Positions 31,177 to 40,086 of a stretch of 64,000 nucleotides of DNA are shown in pieces (positions within the stretch are counted from its first letter, which is position 1; each line of letters opens with the position of its first letter). The stretch is from an uncultured Chloroflexia bacterium (GTDB taxonomy: Bacteria > Chloroflexota > Limnocylindria > Limnocylindrales > CSP1-4): the NCBI GenBank assembly GCA_963696405.1, contig CAVOJY010000002.1, forward strand, positions 259,803 through 323,802, read 5' to 3'. Under the pieces are notes generated by a model. That model searched no databases, was not told the origin of the DNA, and saw only the letters and a program-made list of their open reading frames with translations. The position numbers were made by a program, and so were the translations under genes.

Positions 31177-31540
31177 CTACGGTGTCTCGGTCGGCGGGTT
31201 CCTGGCAGGGATTGTGATCCGGTCCCCCAACAAGAATCCGGTCAGGGTTCTTGATTTGGGGGTTCGCCTTCAGGAGCGCCGCCAGCGTCACGCCGTACTT
31301 CTGCGCGATAGCCAGGAGCGTGTCCCCCGCCACCGCTACGTGGACGACCGGCGTGGGCGAGGGTTCAGGCGTCACGATCACGGGAGTCGGTGTTGGAAGC
31401 GGGGACGTCGCGGTCGGCTGAGGCGTTGCCGCAGCCGTTGGCGTGGGAGCCGGGGTGACGTAGATGATGATGGGAGTCGGGGCCGGACCGGAACAGCCAG
31501 CGAGCACTACAGCCACCGCGAGGATGGCGGTCCTGCGCAT
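31177..31540 (-). pseudogene. LysM-domain lipoprotein, one homopolymer frameshift near the 3' end
   Basis: Lipobox VLAGCS, Pro/Thr linker, LysM (VAVAGDTLLAIAQKYGVTLAALLKANPQIKNP). Removing one C from the C5 run 31224-31228 gives ILVGDRITIPARNPPTETP-stop at 31177. Confidence 0.7.
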
Positions 31541-31572
31541 GATCAGCCCCCGTGCGTGAGGCCAGCACGGAC

Positions 31573-31601
31573 AGGGTATCAGCGAAAGGTGCCCGCTTGA
31601 A
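31573..31601 (-). promoter_or_regulatory. candidate promoter TTCAAG-17-TACCCT for the LysM-to-cyclase operon
   Basis: Minus-strand TTCAAG (31601-31596) and TACCCT (31578-31573), about 33 nt upstream of ATG 31540. Confidence 0.3.
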
Positions 31602-31755
31602 GTGCTGAGCGCAGGAATTTGACGTGGTGGCGCCGAGCGCCCGGGCCTTCAGCAGTCGCTGGTCCGCTTGCGCCAGATCGTTGTCTCCCGCCACACTGAC
31701 CCAGACGGCTCGATCGCCCTGTGTGGACTCGGAGTCAACAGGAGGAACGCCACGC

Positions 31756-32265
31756 ATGAACACGATGGAGGCACTGCTCACGCGCCGCAGCGTCCGCCGA
31801 TACCAGGACCGGCCGGTCCCGGATGATGTCGTCCGGGAGATCCTCGTGGCCGCGATGCACGCGCCGTCGGCCGACGACGAGCAGCCGTGGCAGTTCGTGG
31901 TGATCGATGAGCGGCGGCTCCTGGACGCGATCCCCGGGTTTCACCCCTGGGCCCAGATGGCGCGCCGTGCGCCGCTCGCGATCCTCGTCTGCGGCGACAG
32001 CCGCCTCGTGCTCAACCAGGGGTTCTGGGCCCAGGATTGCGCTGCGGCGACGGAGAACCTGCTCCTTGCCGCGTGGGACCACGGTGTGGGCAGCGTCTGG
32101 TGCGGCGTCCACTCCGACGCCTCGCTGGAGCAGGCCTTTCGACGGTTGCTCCGCCTGCCCGAGCCGGTCGTCCCCTTCGCGCTGGTCGTCCTCGGCTACC
32201 CGGCCGCCCCGCCGCCCCAGGTCGAGCGCTTCCAGGAAGACCGGGTGCACCGGAACGGCTGGTGA
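31756..32265 (+). CDS. nitroreductase family protein
   Basis: ALLTRRSVRRYQDRPVPDD, PSADDEQPW, ENLLLAAWDHGVGSVW. GGAGGA SD before ATG 31756. Confidence 0.85.
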   Translation: MNTMEALLTRRSVRRYQDRPVPDDVVREILVAAMHAPSADDEQPWQFVVIDERRLLDAIPGFHPWAQMARRAPLAILVCGDSRLVLNQGFWAQDCAAATENLLLAAWDHGVGSVWCGVHSDASLEQAFRRLLRLPEPVVPFALVVLGYPAAPPPQVERFQEDRVHRNGW

Positions 32266-32293
32266 TCCGGGCAACACCCCGGTCGCGGTCGCC

Positions 32294-32869
32294 TCAGTCG
32301 AAGACGATCCAGGCGATCTTGGTCGGGCCCGGCACCTTCTTGTTGAGATAGATCGTGATCCGGCTGCGCGCCTCGCTGGGAACGACCGCCTGGACGTAGA
32401 TGCCCGGGCGATTCGTCTGGAGTGTCGCCAGCGCGAAGCTGTTCGGCCCGATCGTGAGCCCCGTGATCGCCACGGAACTCCTGTTGGTCGCGAGCAGCCA
32501 CGTGCCCGAACGGGTGAACTTGGCCTTGCCGCTGACGTAGAGCCCCAGGTCGAGCGGGTTCTCCGCGTGGGCCTCGACGCCGGCGGTGCTGCTGGCGAGC
32601 ACCGCGAGCATGTGGCTGCTCGGGTTGCGGGCCACGACCGCGCTCGCGAGGAGGTCGCTCGTCTCGACCTCCAGCGCGTCGCCATCGGACACGCTCAGCT
32701 TCGTGACGGTCGTTCCAGTGTGCGCCTGGCCCACCCTGACGTAGTCGCCATCCGCCGCCGCGACACGGCCGGGCCCGGCAAGGACACCGGCTGCCGCCGC
32801 CGCGGTCGCGCCGAGCCCCGCTGCCAGAACCGCCCGCCGTCCGAGCCCGGGCCCCTTCTCGATCGTCAT
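32294..32869 (-). CDS. hypothetical Tat-signal secreted protein
   Basis: ATG 32869 after GGAGGTG. Twin-arginine-like signal GLGRRAVLAAGLGATAAAAAG...AAA. Beta-rich mature part. Confidence 0.6.
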   Translation of the reverse strand: MTIEKGPGLGRRAVLAAGLGATAAAAAGVLAGPGRVAAADGDYVRVGQAHTGTTVTKLSVSDGDALEVETSDLLASAVVARNPSSHMLAVLASSTAGVEAHAENPLDLGLYVSGKAKFTRSGTWLLATNRSSVAITGLTIGPNSFALATLQTNRPGIYVQAVVPSEARSRITIYLNKKVPGPTKIAWIVFD

Positions 32870-33084
32870 CTCGCACCTCCGCCGGTTCGGGCGGGGCAGC
32901 CTCCCCCCGCCGCGATTCGCGCGTGTCCAGTGAAACATGACCCATTCGGCGCGTCGAGAGGCCTATGAGGGTCACCCGTGTCCGATGCGGGCTGGCGTGT
33001 GGACACCGTCCCGCCGGCGGCGGGAGCTGACGGCGCGCACATGCAGCCTCCCCGGATTCGCCGCGGCCTATCATCCTCCCGACC

Positions 33085-34468
33085 ATGCCACGCCACCCGG
33101 TTGAACCGTTCCGCACCAAGATGGTCGAGCCCATCCGGCTGCTGGGCCCGGATGAGCGCCGGGCGGCCATGCAGGCCGCCGGCTACAACGTCTTTGCGCT
33201 GCGCGCCGAGGACGTCTTCATCGACCTCCTCACCGACTCGGGCACGGGCGCGATGTCGCACCATCAGTGGGCCGCGCTCATCGAGGGCGACGAGTCGTAC
33301 GCGGGTGCTCGCTCGTACGCGCGGCTGAAGGCGGCGGTCGACGACATCTTCGGCTTCCGGCACTTCTTCCCGGCACACCAGGGTCGCGCCGCCGAGAACA
33401 TCCTCGCGGCGGCCCTCGTCCATCCCGGGAACTCCGTCCCCTCCAACATGCACTTCGACACCACCGACGCCAACATCCGCGCCCGCGGTGGCCGCCCCGT
33501 CAACCTGGTGATCGACGAAGCGAACGATCCCGGCGAACCGCATCCCTTCAAGGGCAATGTCGACATCGCGAAGCTCGAGGCGTTCATCGAGCGGACCGGC
33601 CCCCGGAACATTCCCCTCGGCATGGTCACGGTCACCAACAATGCCGGCGGCGGCCAGCCCATCTCCATGGGCAACCTGCGGGCGGTGGCCGAGACGTACC
33701 ACGCCAGCGGCATTCCCTTCTACATCGATGCCGCCCGCTTCGCCGAGAACGCCTGCTTCGTCAAGCAGCGCGAGCCCGGTTACGGGGACCGCTCCGTCAT
33801 CGACATCGCCCGCGAGATGTTCTCCCTCGCCGACGGCTTCTGCATGTCGGCCAAGAAGGACGCCATCGTCAACATCGGCGGTCTCCTTGGGACGAACGAC
33901 GACGCCGTGGCCGAGAGCATCCGCACCGAGCTGATCCTGCGCGAGGGTTTCCCCACCTATGGCGGCCTCGCCGGACGGGACCTCGACGCCATCGCGGTCG
34001 GGCTGTACGAGGGCCTCGACGAGGCGTACCTGCGCTACCGCCTGGGGCAGACTGCCTACCTGGCGGACCGGATTCTGCGATCGCGGTGTCCCGATCGTCG
34101 AGCCGCCGGGCGGGCACGCCGTCTATGTCGACGCCGGTGCCATCCTGCCGCACATCCCGCACGCCGAGCTTCCCGCGCAGGCGCTGGCCATCGAGCTGTA
34201 CCTGGCTGGAGGGATCCGGGCCAGCGAGATCGGGTCGGTCATGTTCGCCCACCCCGATCCCGACACCGGGGAGATCGTCTATCCCCGGCTCGAGCTGGTG
34301 CGCCTCGCCCTTCCTCGTCGCGTCTACTCGCAGAGCCACCTCGACTACGTCGTCGAGGTCATCGACTCCATCGTCAAGCGGGCATCCGCCCTGGCCGGCT
34401 ACCGATTCACTTACGCCCCCGCCGCGCTACGCCACTTCAGCGCTCGGTACGAGCCGATCCTGGCATAG
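33085..34468 (+). pseudogene. beta-eliminating lyase (tryptophanase / tyrosine phenol-lyase family), single frameshift
   Basis: [25 protein letters not shown] and the PLP-lysine motif [12 protein letters not shown] lie in ORF 33085..35082. The C-terminus ([17 protein letters not shown]...) is in ORF 33959..34468. The switch is at about 34075-34090. Confidence 0.85.
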
Positions 34469-34822
34469 GTCTCGGCCCGGCGTGTCATCGGGCCGCCGGC
34501 CTCCGGCGCGACGGCATGGCGCCGCGCCACGTCGCCTCAGCCGAATGCGCTGCGCAGCGTCTTCTGGAAGTTGGGCCGGCGCGGTACGCGTCGCGGACCG
34601 ACGCGAGGTACTCGGCGAACTCCGCGCCTCTTCCTTCCATGCCAGTCCGGCCGGACAGCGAACCCCCGCCATGCCAGCTCGAGCGCATCCGTGTCTCGCC
34701 CGAGCCGGAAGTACTCGTCGGTCAGCCAACCGAGGAGCCGTGGCGCGAACGGGGCGCTGGCCGATCACGCTTGGAGCGTGAGGGCCGACGTGGGAGCGAG
34801 GTCGGCAGGACCGGGCGCCACC

Positions 34823-35302
34823 TCACCCAGCAGCGCCGTCAGGCACGGCCGGGATGTCCAGGCCCAGCTGGTGTGCGATTGCCCGCCGCACGGCCGCACG
34901 GAGCTCCGGGTCCGACAGGTAGTGCAGAACGATCCCGCCCGTGTACTCGTCGCGAACGATGCGCTCGGCCGAGATCGTGCGGAGCTGCTGGCAGAGGATC
35001 ACCCCCGGTCTCGTCTGCCCTGCGACTCCGACCGGGATCGGGATATCGCCAGGGTAGCGGGCGTCGGACCGGGCCGCCGTGACCGGGCAGACGGTCATGA
35101 GGCCCGACCGGTGAAACGGCTCGTAGGAAACGACGAGCGCGCGCCGAGCCCCGGCTTGCTCGTGCCCGATTGCGGGGTCGAGGGCCACTTGCACGACGGC
35201 CCACCGAAGAGGCTGCTCCACGCCGGCGGGTGGCTGCTCGAGGCGCCCATCGCCAGAACGCTGACCGGGGCCGCTGCCCGGCGGCCGCCCTACGCCGGCC
35301 AC
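34823..35302 (-). CDS. mazF: PemK/MazF-family type II toxin (endoribonuclease)
   Basis: [26 protein letters not shown] and [15 protein letters not shown] 35302 overlaps the upstream gene end by 13 nt; alternative GTG 35221. Confidence 0.75.
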   Translation of the reverse strand: MAGVGRPPGSGPGQRSGDGRLEQPPAGVEQPLRWAVVQVALDPAIGHEQAGARRALVVSYEPFHRSGLMTVCPVTAARSDARYPGDIPIPVGVAGQTRPGVILCQQLRTISAERIVRDEYTGGIVLHYLSDPELRAAVRRAIAHQLGLDIPAVPDGAAG

Positions 35303-35547
35303 GACTCGCGGTCCGCGGTGCGGAACGCCCCCGCGATCTCCTCAGCCTCGCGCCGGAACTCCGGATCCTGCGCCGCCCGCGCCCACAGGTCGGCCTCTGC
35401 GGCATCGCGCACTCGGCGGGCGAGCTCGTCGATCGCCAGCTCAACCGCTGCGTCTTGCGTCGGGGCCACGTGGTACTCGGCAACCAGGTCGCGCACCGCC
35501 TTCACGGCATGGTCGGACAGGTTGTACGTCCGCTTGGCTCTTCCCAC
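35290..35547 (-). CDS. putative antitoxin (ribbon-helix-helix-like N-terminus)
   Basis: 85 aa from GTG 35547. KRTYNLSDHAVKAVRDL strand-helix start. Positioned immediately upstream of, and overlapping, the MazF-like gene. Confidence 0.55.
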   Translation of the reverse strand: MGRAKRTYNLSDHAVKAVRDLVAEYHVAPTQDAAVELAIDELARRVRDAAEADLWARAAQDPEFRREAEEIAGAFRTADRESWPA

Positions 35548-35553
35548 GGATCG

Positions 35554-35605
35554 AGTCTGACACACGTAATGCGACGTGTCAATGTGGGTGTCGATACGAC
35601 ACGTC
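35554..35605 (-). promoter_or_regulatory. candidate leaderless promoter TTGACA-17-CAGACT with overlapping GACACGTC/GACGTGTC inverted repeats (probable TA operator)
   Basis: Minus-strand TTGACA (35582-35577) and CAGACT (35559-35554), 6 nt before GTG 35547. Half-sites GACGTGTC at 35573-80 and GACACGTC at 35598-605; a related TGACACACGT at 35558-67. Confidence 0.45.
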
Positions 35606-35965
35606 AACAGATCCGTTGACCCCCATGCCGTCGGGCGTACTGGTGGGCGGGCAAGGCCGCGCATCTCGCAGCTCCATACGAGCGGACCGACAAACCGGGC
35701 CGGGACGCCCGCAACCGAGTGAGGCAGGGCGCCGAGCCAGGCCGTCCGCCGCCTCAACCGCACCCGGATGGTGGCGAGGGTGGGCGGGCGGCAGCGGACG
35801 GCATGCCGGCCCGGGCGAGGTACCGGGCCAGTTCGGTCGCGTCTCTGGCGCTCCCCAGGGCCATCGGGGAGGCAGCCCAGCGGCAGCGCCGTCGGCGCCG
35901 GGGCGACATGAGCGACCGGGCGCAGGACCGGCCTCCCCGTCCGGAGCGCACCTCAGGACTTGTCA

Positions 35966-35984
35966 GGGCCGAGCCGTTCGGCCC
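35966..35984 (-). terminator. stem-loop 12 nt downstream of the Zn-ribbon gene (no U tract)
   Basis: GGGCCGA-gccgt-TCGGCCC, a perfect 7-bp stem. Confidence 0.3.
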
Positions 35985-35995
35985 ACGGGCCCGGC

Positions 35996-36277
35996 TCAGC
36001 CGGCTGCGAGCTGGCGAGCCTTTTCCTTGCGCTGCTTGACCCACCGGGAGATCGCGACGGAGAGGGCTACGCTCACGATGACGTTGATGATGACCCGCGC
36101 GGCGATGGCGGCCGGCCGAGGCTTGCGCCCGGCGCGCCGGCGCTTCATCTCTTCGGTGTCGAGGAAGATCCCGCGGCACTGCGGGCAGCGGAGCGGTCCC
36201 TGCCCACCGCGCCACATCGGCTTCATCTCGATGCCGCACTTCGGGCACACGAGCGGGGTTTGCTGCGATTCGGTCAA
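35996..36277 (-). CDS. zinc-ribbon protein with a C-terminal transmembrane helix
   Basis: CPKCG...CPQCRG pairs, then VIINVIVSVALSVAI. TTG 36277 lies 6 nt after AGGAGG. Confidence 0.65.
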   Translation of the reverse strand: MTESQQTPLVCPKCGIEMKPMWRGGQGPLRCPQCRGIFLDTEEMKRRRAGRKPRPAAIAARVIINVIVSVALSVAISRWVKQRKEKARQLAAG

Positions 36278-36368
36278 CAGTCGGTCCTCCTGTCGGGAAG
36301 TCGGCGCCGCGTCCCAGCTTGAGTGCGTCTGGTACCACTGACGGCGTGCCCGCCGGCAGGCCGCGAGC

Positions 36369-36728
36369 CTATTTGGGGCGGGCCGTCTTCTTGCCGAAGA
36401 TCACGAGGACACTCGGCCCGTCACCATCGATCCTCGGGATGACGCGCACGCCGAGCTTGTGTTGCTCGGCGACCTTGCCCAGAGCGACCGCGAGCATCGC
36501 GAGTCGCGGGATTCCGCGAGCGGCGACTTCGCGAACGTCGGCCTCAAGTGCGCCGTGGTCACCGGGGCCACCCAGCCAGACCCTCAGCAGATGGCCGCCG
36601 CCCTCGAGGCGCAGCAGGGTGGCCGCCGAAGCGTCGGGTACAGGTGACGCCACGGGCGCGGGTAACGCCACGGGCGCGGGTAACGCCACGGGCCGGGGAG
36701 TCCGCACGGGCACCAGCGGTGCCGTCAT
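36369..36728 (-). CDS. hypothetical protein with a Pro/Val/Ala repeat N-terminus
   Basis: ATG 36728 after GAAGGA. 119 aa with PVALPAPVALPAPVASPVP repeats. No recognised domain. Confidence 0.4.
   Translation of the reverse strand: MTAPLVPVRTPRPVALPAPVALPAPVASPVPDASAATLLRLEGGGHLLRVWLGGPGDHGALEADVREVAARGIPRLAMLAVALGKVAEQHKLGVRVIPRIDGDGPSVLVIFGKKTARPK
36643..36696. repeat. 18-bp tandem repeat x3 (coding, in frame)
   Basis: ggtgacgccacgggcgcg / ggtaacgccacgggcgcg / ggtaacgccacgggccgg. Confidence 0.9.
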
Positions 36729-37262
36729 CGATCCTTCACGATCCGAGTATGGCGCATCTGGGGCGACCACGCCGGGCGGATCGGTTCGGCTCGTGTCATT
36801 CTTGACGGCGCCCGCGGTGACGCCGGTCGCGTATGGGACGATGATGATCGCCAACGCGTGGTCGTCCTACCTTCCCGACGCGGTGAAGGTCATCGCTCCC
36901 TTTGCGATGGGGCTGCCGATCGTGGCGGCCTCGCTGCGCCTGTTCGACCGGGGGAGGGCTGGGCGCTCGGGCAGAGCTGCCCCGAGTTGAGCGGCGGGGC
37001 GTGCGGGCCTGTGAAGTGAGGCGACCGGAGTTTCCGCCGCTCAGCCATCACCGGGCTGCGAGAGCGGACTTCGCCCATGGGGCGTGCCCCGGGACGGGAC
37101 CATCAGCGTCCGGCCGAGCACGAGTCCGCGGCTGTTCGGGCTCGGAGCGACAACGCCGGGTCGCAGCGCCGCGACCGACGTTGTCGTGCAGCCCGCCGGT
37201 GAATGAGCGGCAGGACTCGGCGGTAGCCGGGGCGGGGTACAACCCGGGGCTCGAACGCGGGC

Positions 37263-38498
37263 TCAGACGGCAGTCAGCAGCGGCGCAATCCGCGACCGGT
37301 AGATGGCCTCCCAGGAGTACTCGCGCCGCACCCTGCGGGCGAACCCAAGCACGCGGTCGGGCTCGAGGCGATCAAGGACACGGGCTGCGACAACGGCCGG
37401 CCCGTCGTCGGTCGAGATGTAGCTGGCCGAATCGCCGGCGAGCGACCGGAGGGTGCCGAGGTCGGCACAGATGATCGGCAGGCGGTGGGCCCCGGCCTCC
37501 AGGATGGGCAGGCCGAAGCCCTCGTCGAGGCTCGGCAGGAAGAGGGCGTCGGCGATCCGGTAGAGGTCGCCCACGATCGCGTCGGATGGTGCGCCCTCCG
37601 GCTCGGTGGCCAGGAACCGGACGGCGCGGTCGAGCCCCAGCACGGCCTGGAGTGCCAGCAGTTGCCCGACCAGGTCCCGCTCGGCAGGACGGTGCGGATC
37701 GACCGGGCCGGTGACGATGAGCCCGGCGGGTCGGCCGGCGGAGCGTATCGCCGCGATCACCCGGAGTGCGAACTCGATGTTCTTGCGGGGCGTCATGCGC
37801 GCAGGCATGAGCAGGAGTGGCTCCAGGCCGGAGAGGTCGGCCCAGGCCAGGACCTCGGCCGACCGGGGCTCCAGCCGCAGGAGGCCCGGCACGTCGAGTC
37901 CGTTCGGCACGACGGCGATCGACTCGGGGCGCAGGCCGGTGAGGCCGGCGAGGTCGTGACGGCGGGCCTCGGAAACCACGACTTGCAGCGCGCCCGGCCA
38001 GGCCTCCCGGAGCAGGTCCCAGGGCGGGCCGTCGTGGAGCGTCGATCGGTACGAGGATGACGTCCAGGCAAGATCGTGGTGCCAGATGACCAGCCGCGGC
38101 GGCGTCCCCCCGTCAATCACCTCGCGCAGGGCGGTGGTCAGGGCCAGGTTCAGGCCCAGCGAGCAGACGTTGTGCACGATGGCGACATCCGCCCCGGCCA
38201 GCGCCTCCGTGAGCGCTGTCCGCAGGGTTGCGACGGCGTCGCCGAACCCGGGCGGCACCGTGCCCGCGGCGAGATCGAACTGGAGACGCTCGATGGTCGG
38301 GTGACTCGCGTCCATGAGCGGGATCTCGACGAGGCGGCACCTAAGATCAGGCGACTCGCCGCGCCCCACCACCACGCGGACGTCGTGCCCTGCATCGGCC
38401 ATGAGGATCGCGTGGCGGGCGAGCACCCGCTCGACGCCCCCCACGACCGGTGGGGCCGTGTAGTGGACGAGGGCGATGGCAAGCCCGTCCGGGTTCAT
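37263..38498 (-). CDS. GT4-family (GT-B) glycosyltransferase
   Basis: ATG 38498. LAIALVHYTAPPVVGGVERV N-terminus and the EGFGLPILEA E-x7-E region. Confidence 0.8.
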   Translation of the reverse strand: MNPDGLAIALVHYTAPPVVGGVERVLARHAILMADAGHDVRVVVGRGESPDLRCRLVEIPLMDASHPTIERLQFDLAAGTVPPGFGDAVATLRTALTEALAGADVAIVHNVCSLGLNLALTTALREVIDGGTPPRLVIWHHDLAWTSSSYRSTLHDGPPWDLLREAWPGALQVVVSEARRHDLAGLTGLRPESIAVVPNGLDVPGLLRLEPRSAEVLAWADLSGLEPLLLMPARMTPRKNIEFALRVIAAIRSAGRPAGLIVTGPVDPHRPAERDLVGQLLALQAVLGLDRAVRFLATEPEGAPSDAIVGDLYRIADALFLPSLDEGFGLPILEAGAHRLPIICADLGTLRSLAGDSASYISTDDGPAVVAARVLDRLEPDRVLGFARRVRREYSWEAIYRSRIAPLLTAV

Positions 38499-38508
38499 GC
38501 AGGCCAGC

Positions 38509-39849
38509 TCATGCCGTTTCCGCGAAGCACTCCGCGAGCAGGGCGGACAGGCGTTGCTCCAGGACGGTGAAGGAGAAGTGGCGCCGGGCCAGGGTGAAGT
38601 TGGTCTCCGCCCACTCGGCCGCGAGGGCCGGCTCCTGCAGGAGGCGGCGCGCCTCGCGGATGGCCGCACTGGTGACGTAGTTGTCGAGCTCCACGACGCG
38701 GAACCCCCGCGGCTTGATGTCGATCTCGTACACGGAGTAGCGGTTCACGACGAGCGGCCGGCGGTAGTAGACGGCCTCGAGGAACGCGTTGCCGAAGCCC
38801 TCGATGGTGGAGGGGTAGGTGACCAGGTCGGCGCGCGCGAAGGTGTCGGCGAGCGAGTAGATCCGGCGTCCGTCGGGCGTCATGCCGCGCGACACGCCCA
38901 CGATCACAGATTCGAAGCGGACATGGACGTCCAGCAGGTGCGCGAACTCCCGGACGCGCTCGGCGTAGTCGGTGCCCTCGTCGCCGTCGGCGTGGGTGAT
39001 CACGAGCGTCGCGGGGACGCCCAGGCGACGGGTCAGCTCGATGGCATGCTCGATGCCCTTGCGCTGGATGACCCGCGTCGGTTGCAGGATCAGGTACTCG
39101 TCGGGCTTGATCCCCAGGTCGGTGCGCGCTCCGTCGGCGTACGCGTCCGGCGGTCCCGGTGGCCGGTCGAAGTCCATCACGTTGGGGATGACCCGCGAGG
39201 CGAGGCCGGTGCGCCAGGCCAGCTGCTGGGCCTGGACCGAGTTGATCACCACGTGGCGGACGGACGGGAGTGCAGGAGGGAACGCGGCCCGGATGTAGTC
39301 GCCGACGCTGTTGACCGCGAAGCGCTGGCGCTCCCACGGAAAGTCGTGATGGTGCGCGATGACGGGGATCCCGGTCTCCGCGATGACCTCGGTCAGGGCC
39401 AGCCCGAGGGGGAGGTTGAGCGGGATGGCCAGGGCGTTCTCGGTGACCAGGAGATCGAGGTCGAAGTCGCGCAGGAAGTCGTACAGCTCGCCCTTCAGGT
39501 GCTGGCGCAGCTCATCGATCCGGGCCGAGATGGTCGGGGGCCGGACGTACGGCGAGAAGAAGTCGCGCCGGTGCACCGACGGGTGCTCGTCGTCGGCGGT
39601 CGCGGTCACGTCGAAGCTGCCCCCGAAGACGACCGAGTTGATGGCGTCGATGTCGGGGTGCCGGTAGAAGGCCTCCGACACCAGCCGGCTGCGTTCAGGC
39701 GGGCGGTCGAGCTGGCCGGCGAAGTAGTAGCAGGTCGCGCCGAGGCGTCCGAGCACGGATTCCCACTTGGCGGTCTCAAGCGAGACGCCATCGGTCCCTG
39801 CGAGCCGAGTCGAGATGATGCCGATCCGGTGGGCGCGGCCTGCTGTCAT
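38509..39849 (-). CDS. GT-B glycosyltransferase (GT4-like; family resemblance to sugar-glycerate compatible-solute synthases is only a guess)
   Basis: ATG 39849. IGIISTRLAGTDGVSLETAKW N-terminus and STIEGFGNAFLEAV E-x7-E-like region. TACCCGT-type -10 (TACCGT) 7 nt before the ATG. Confidence 0.7.
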   Translation of the reverse strand: MTAGRAHRIGIISTRLAGTDGVSLETAKWESVLGRLGATCYYFAGQLDRPPERSRLVSEAFYRHPDIDAINSVVFGGSFDVTATADDEHPSVHRRDFFSPYVRPPTISARIDELRQHLKGELYDFLRDFDLDLLVTENALAIPLNLPLGLALTEVIAETGIPVIAHHHDFPWERQRFAVNSVGDYIRAAFPPALPSVRHVVINSVQAQQLAWRTGLASRVIPNVMDFDRPPGPPDAYADGARTDLGIKPDEYLILQPTRVIQRKGIEHAIELTRRLGVPATLVITHADGDEGTDYAERVREFAHLLDVHVRFESVIVGVSRGMTPDGRRIYSLADTFARADLVTYPSTIEGFGNAFLEAVYYRRPLVVNRYSVYEIDIKPRGFRVVELDNYVTSAAIREARRLLQEPALAAEWAETNFTLARRHFSFTVLEQRLSALLAECFAETA

Positions 39850-40022
39850 CCCGTCAACGGTACCGCCTTGCGCCGCGGCCGTCCATGAACTGACCTCGTC
39901 CGATGCCTCGCCTGTTCCGCCGCCGTCTCGGCGGAGCCGGGTTACCGCCGGGCAGCCATCCCCAGGCTGCGGGAGGGGAGCTCGGCGATCCGGCAGGCCC
40001 TGACGCGGACTCCTCCGCCGGG

Positions 40023-40086
40023 CGGAGCACGTTCCGTTCGCCATGCACCCCAGCCGGAGCACGTCCCGTTCGCCAACCCACCCCGG
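40023..40086. repeat. 32-bp imperfect tandem repeat x2 (27/32)
   Basis: cggagcacgttccgttcgccatgcaccccagc / cggagcacgtcccgttcgccaacccaccccgg, in the ~600-bp non-coding gap between the glycosyltransferase operon and the tRNA. Confidence 0.8.

Noticed and set aside
34470-34822. Decayed small gene between the lyase and mazF. Minus-strand pieces: [52 protein letters not shown]-stop.
   Set aside because: It needs two or more frame changes and has an upstream in-frame stop. I cannot assign any family, so there is not enough support to call a feature.
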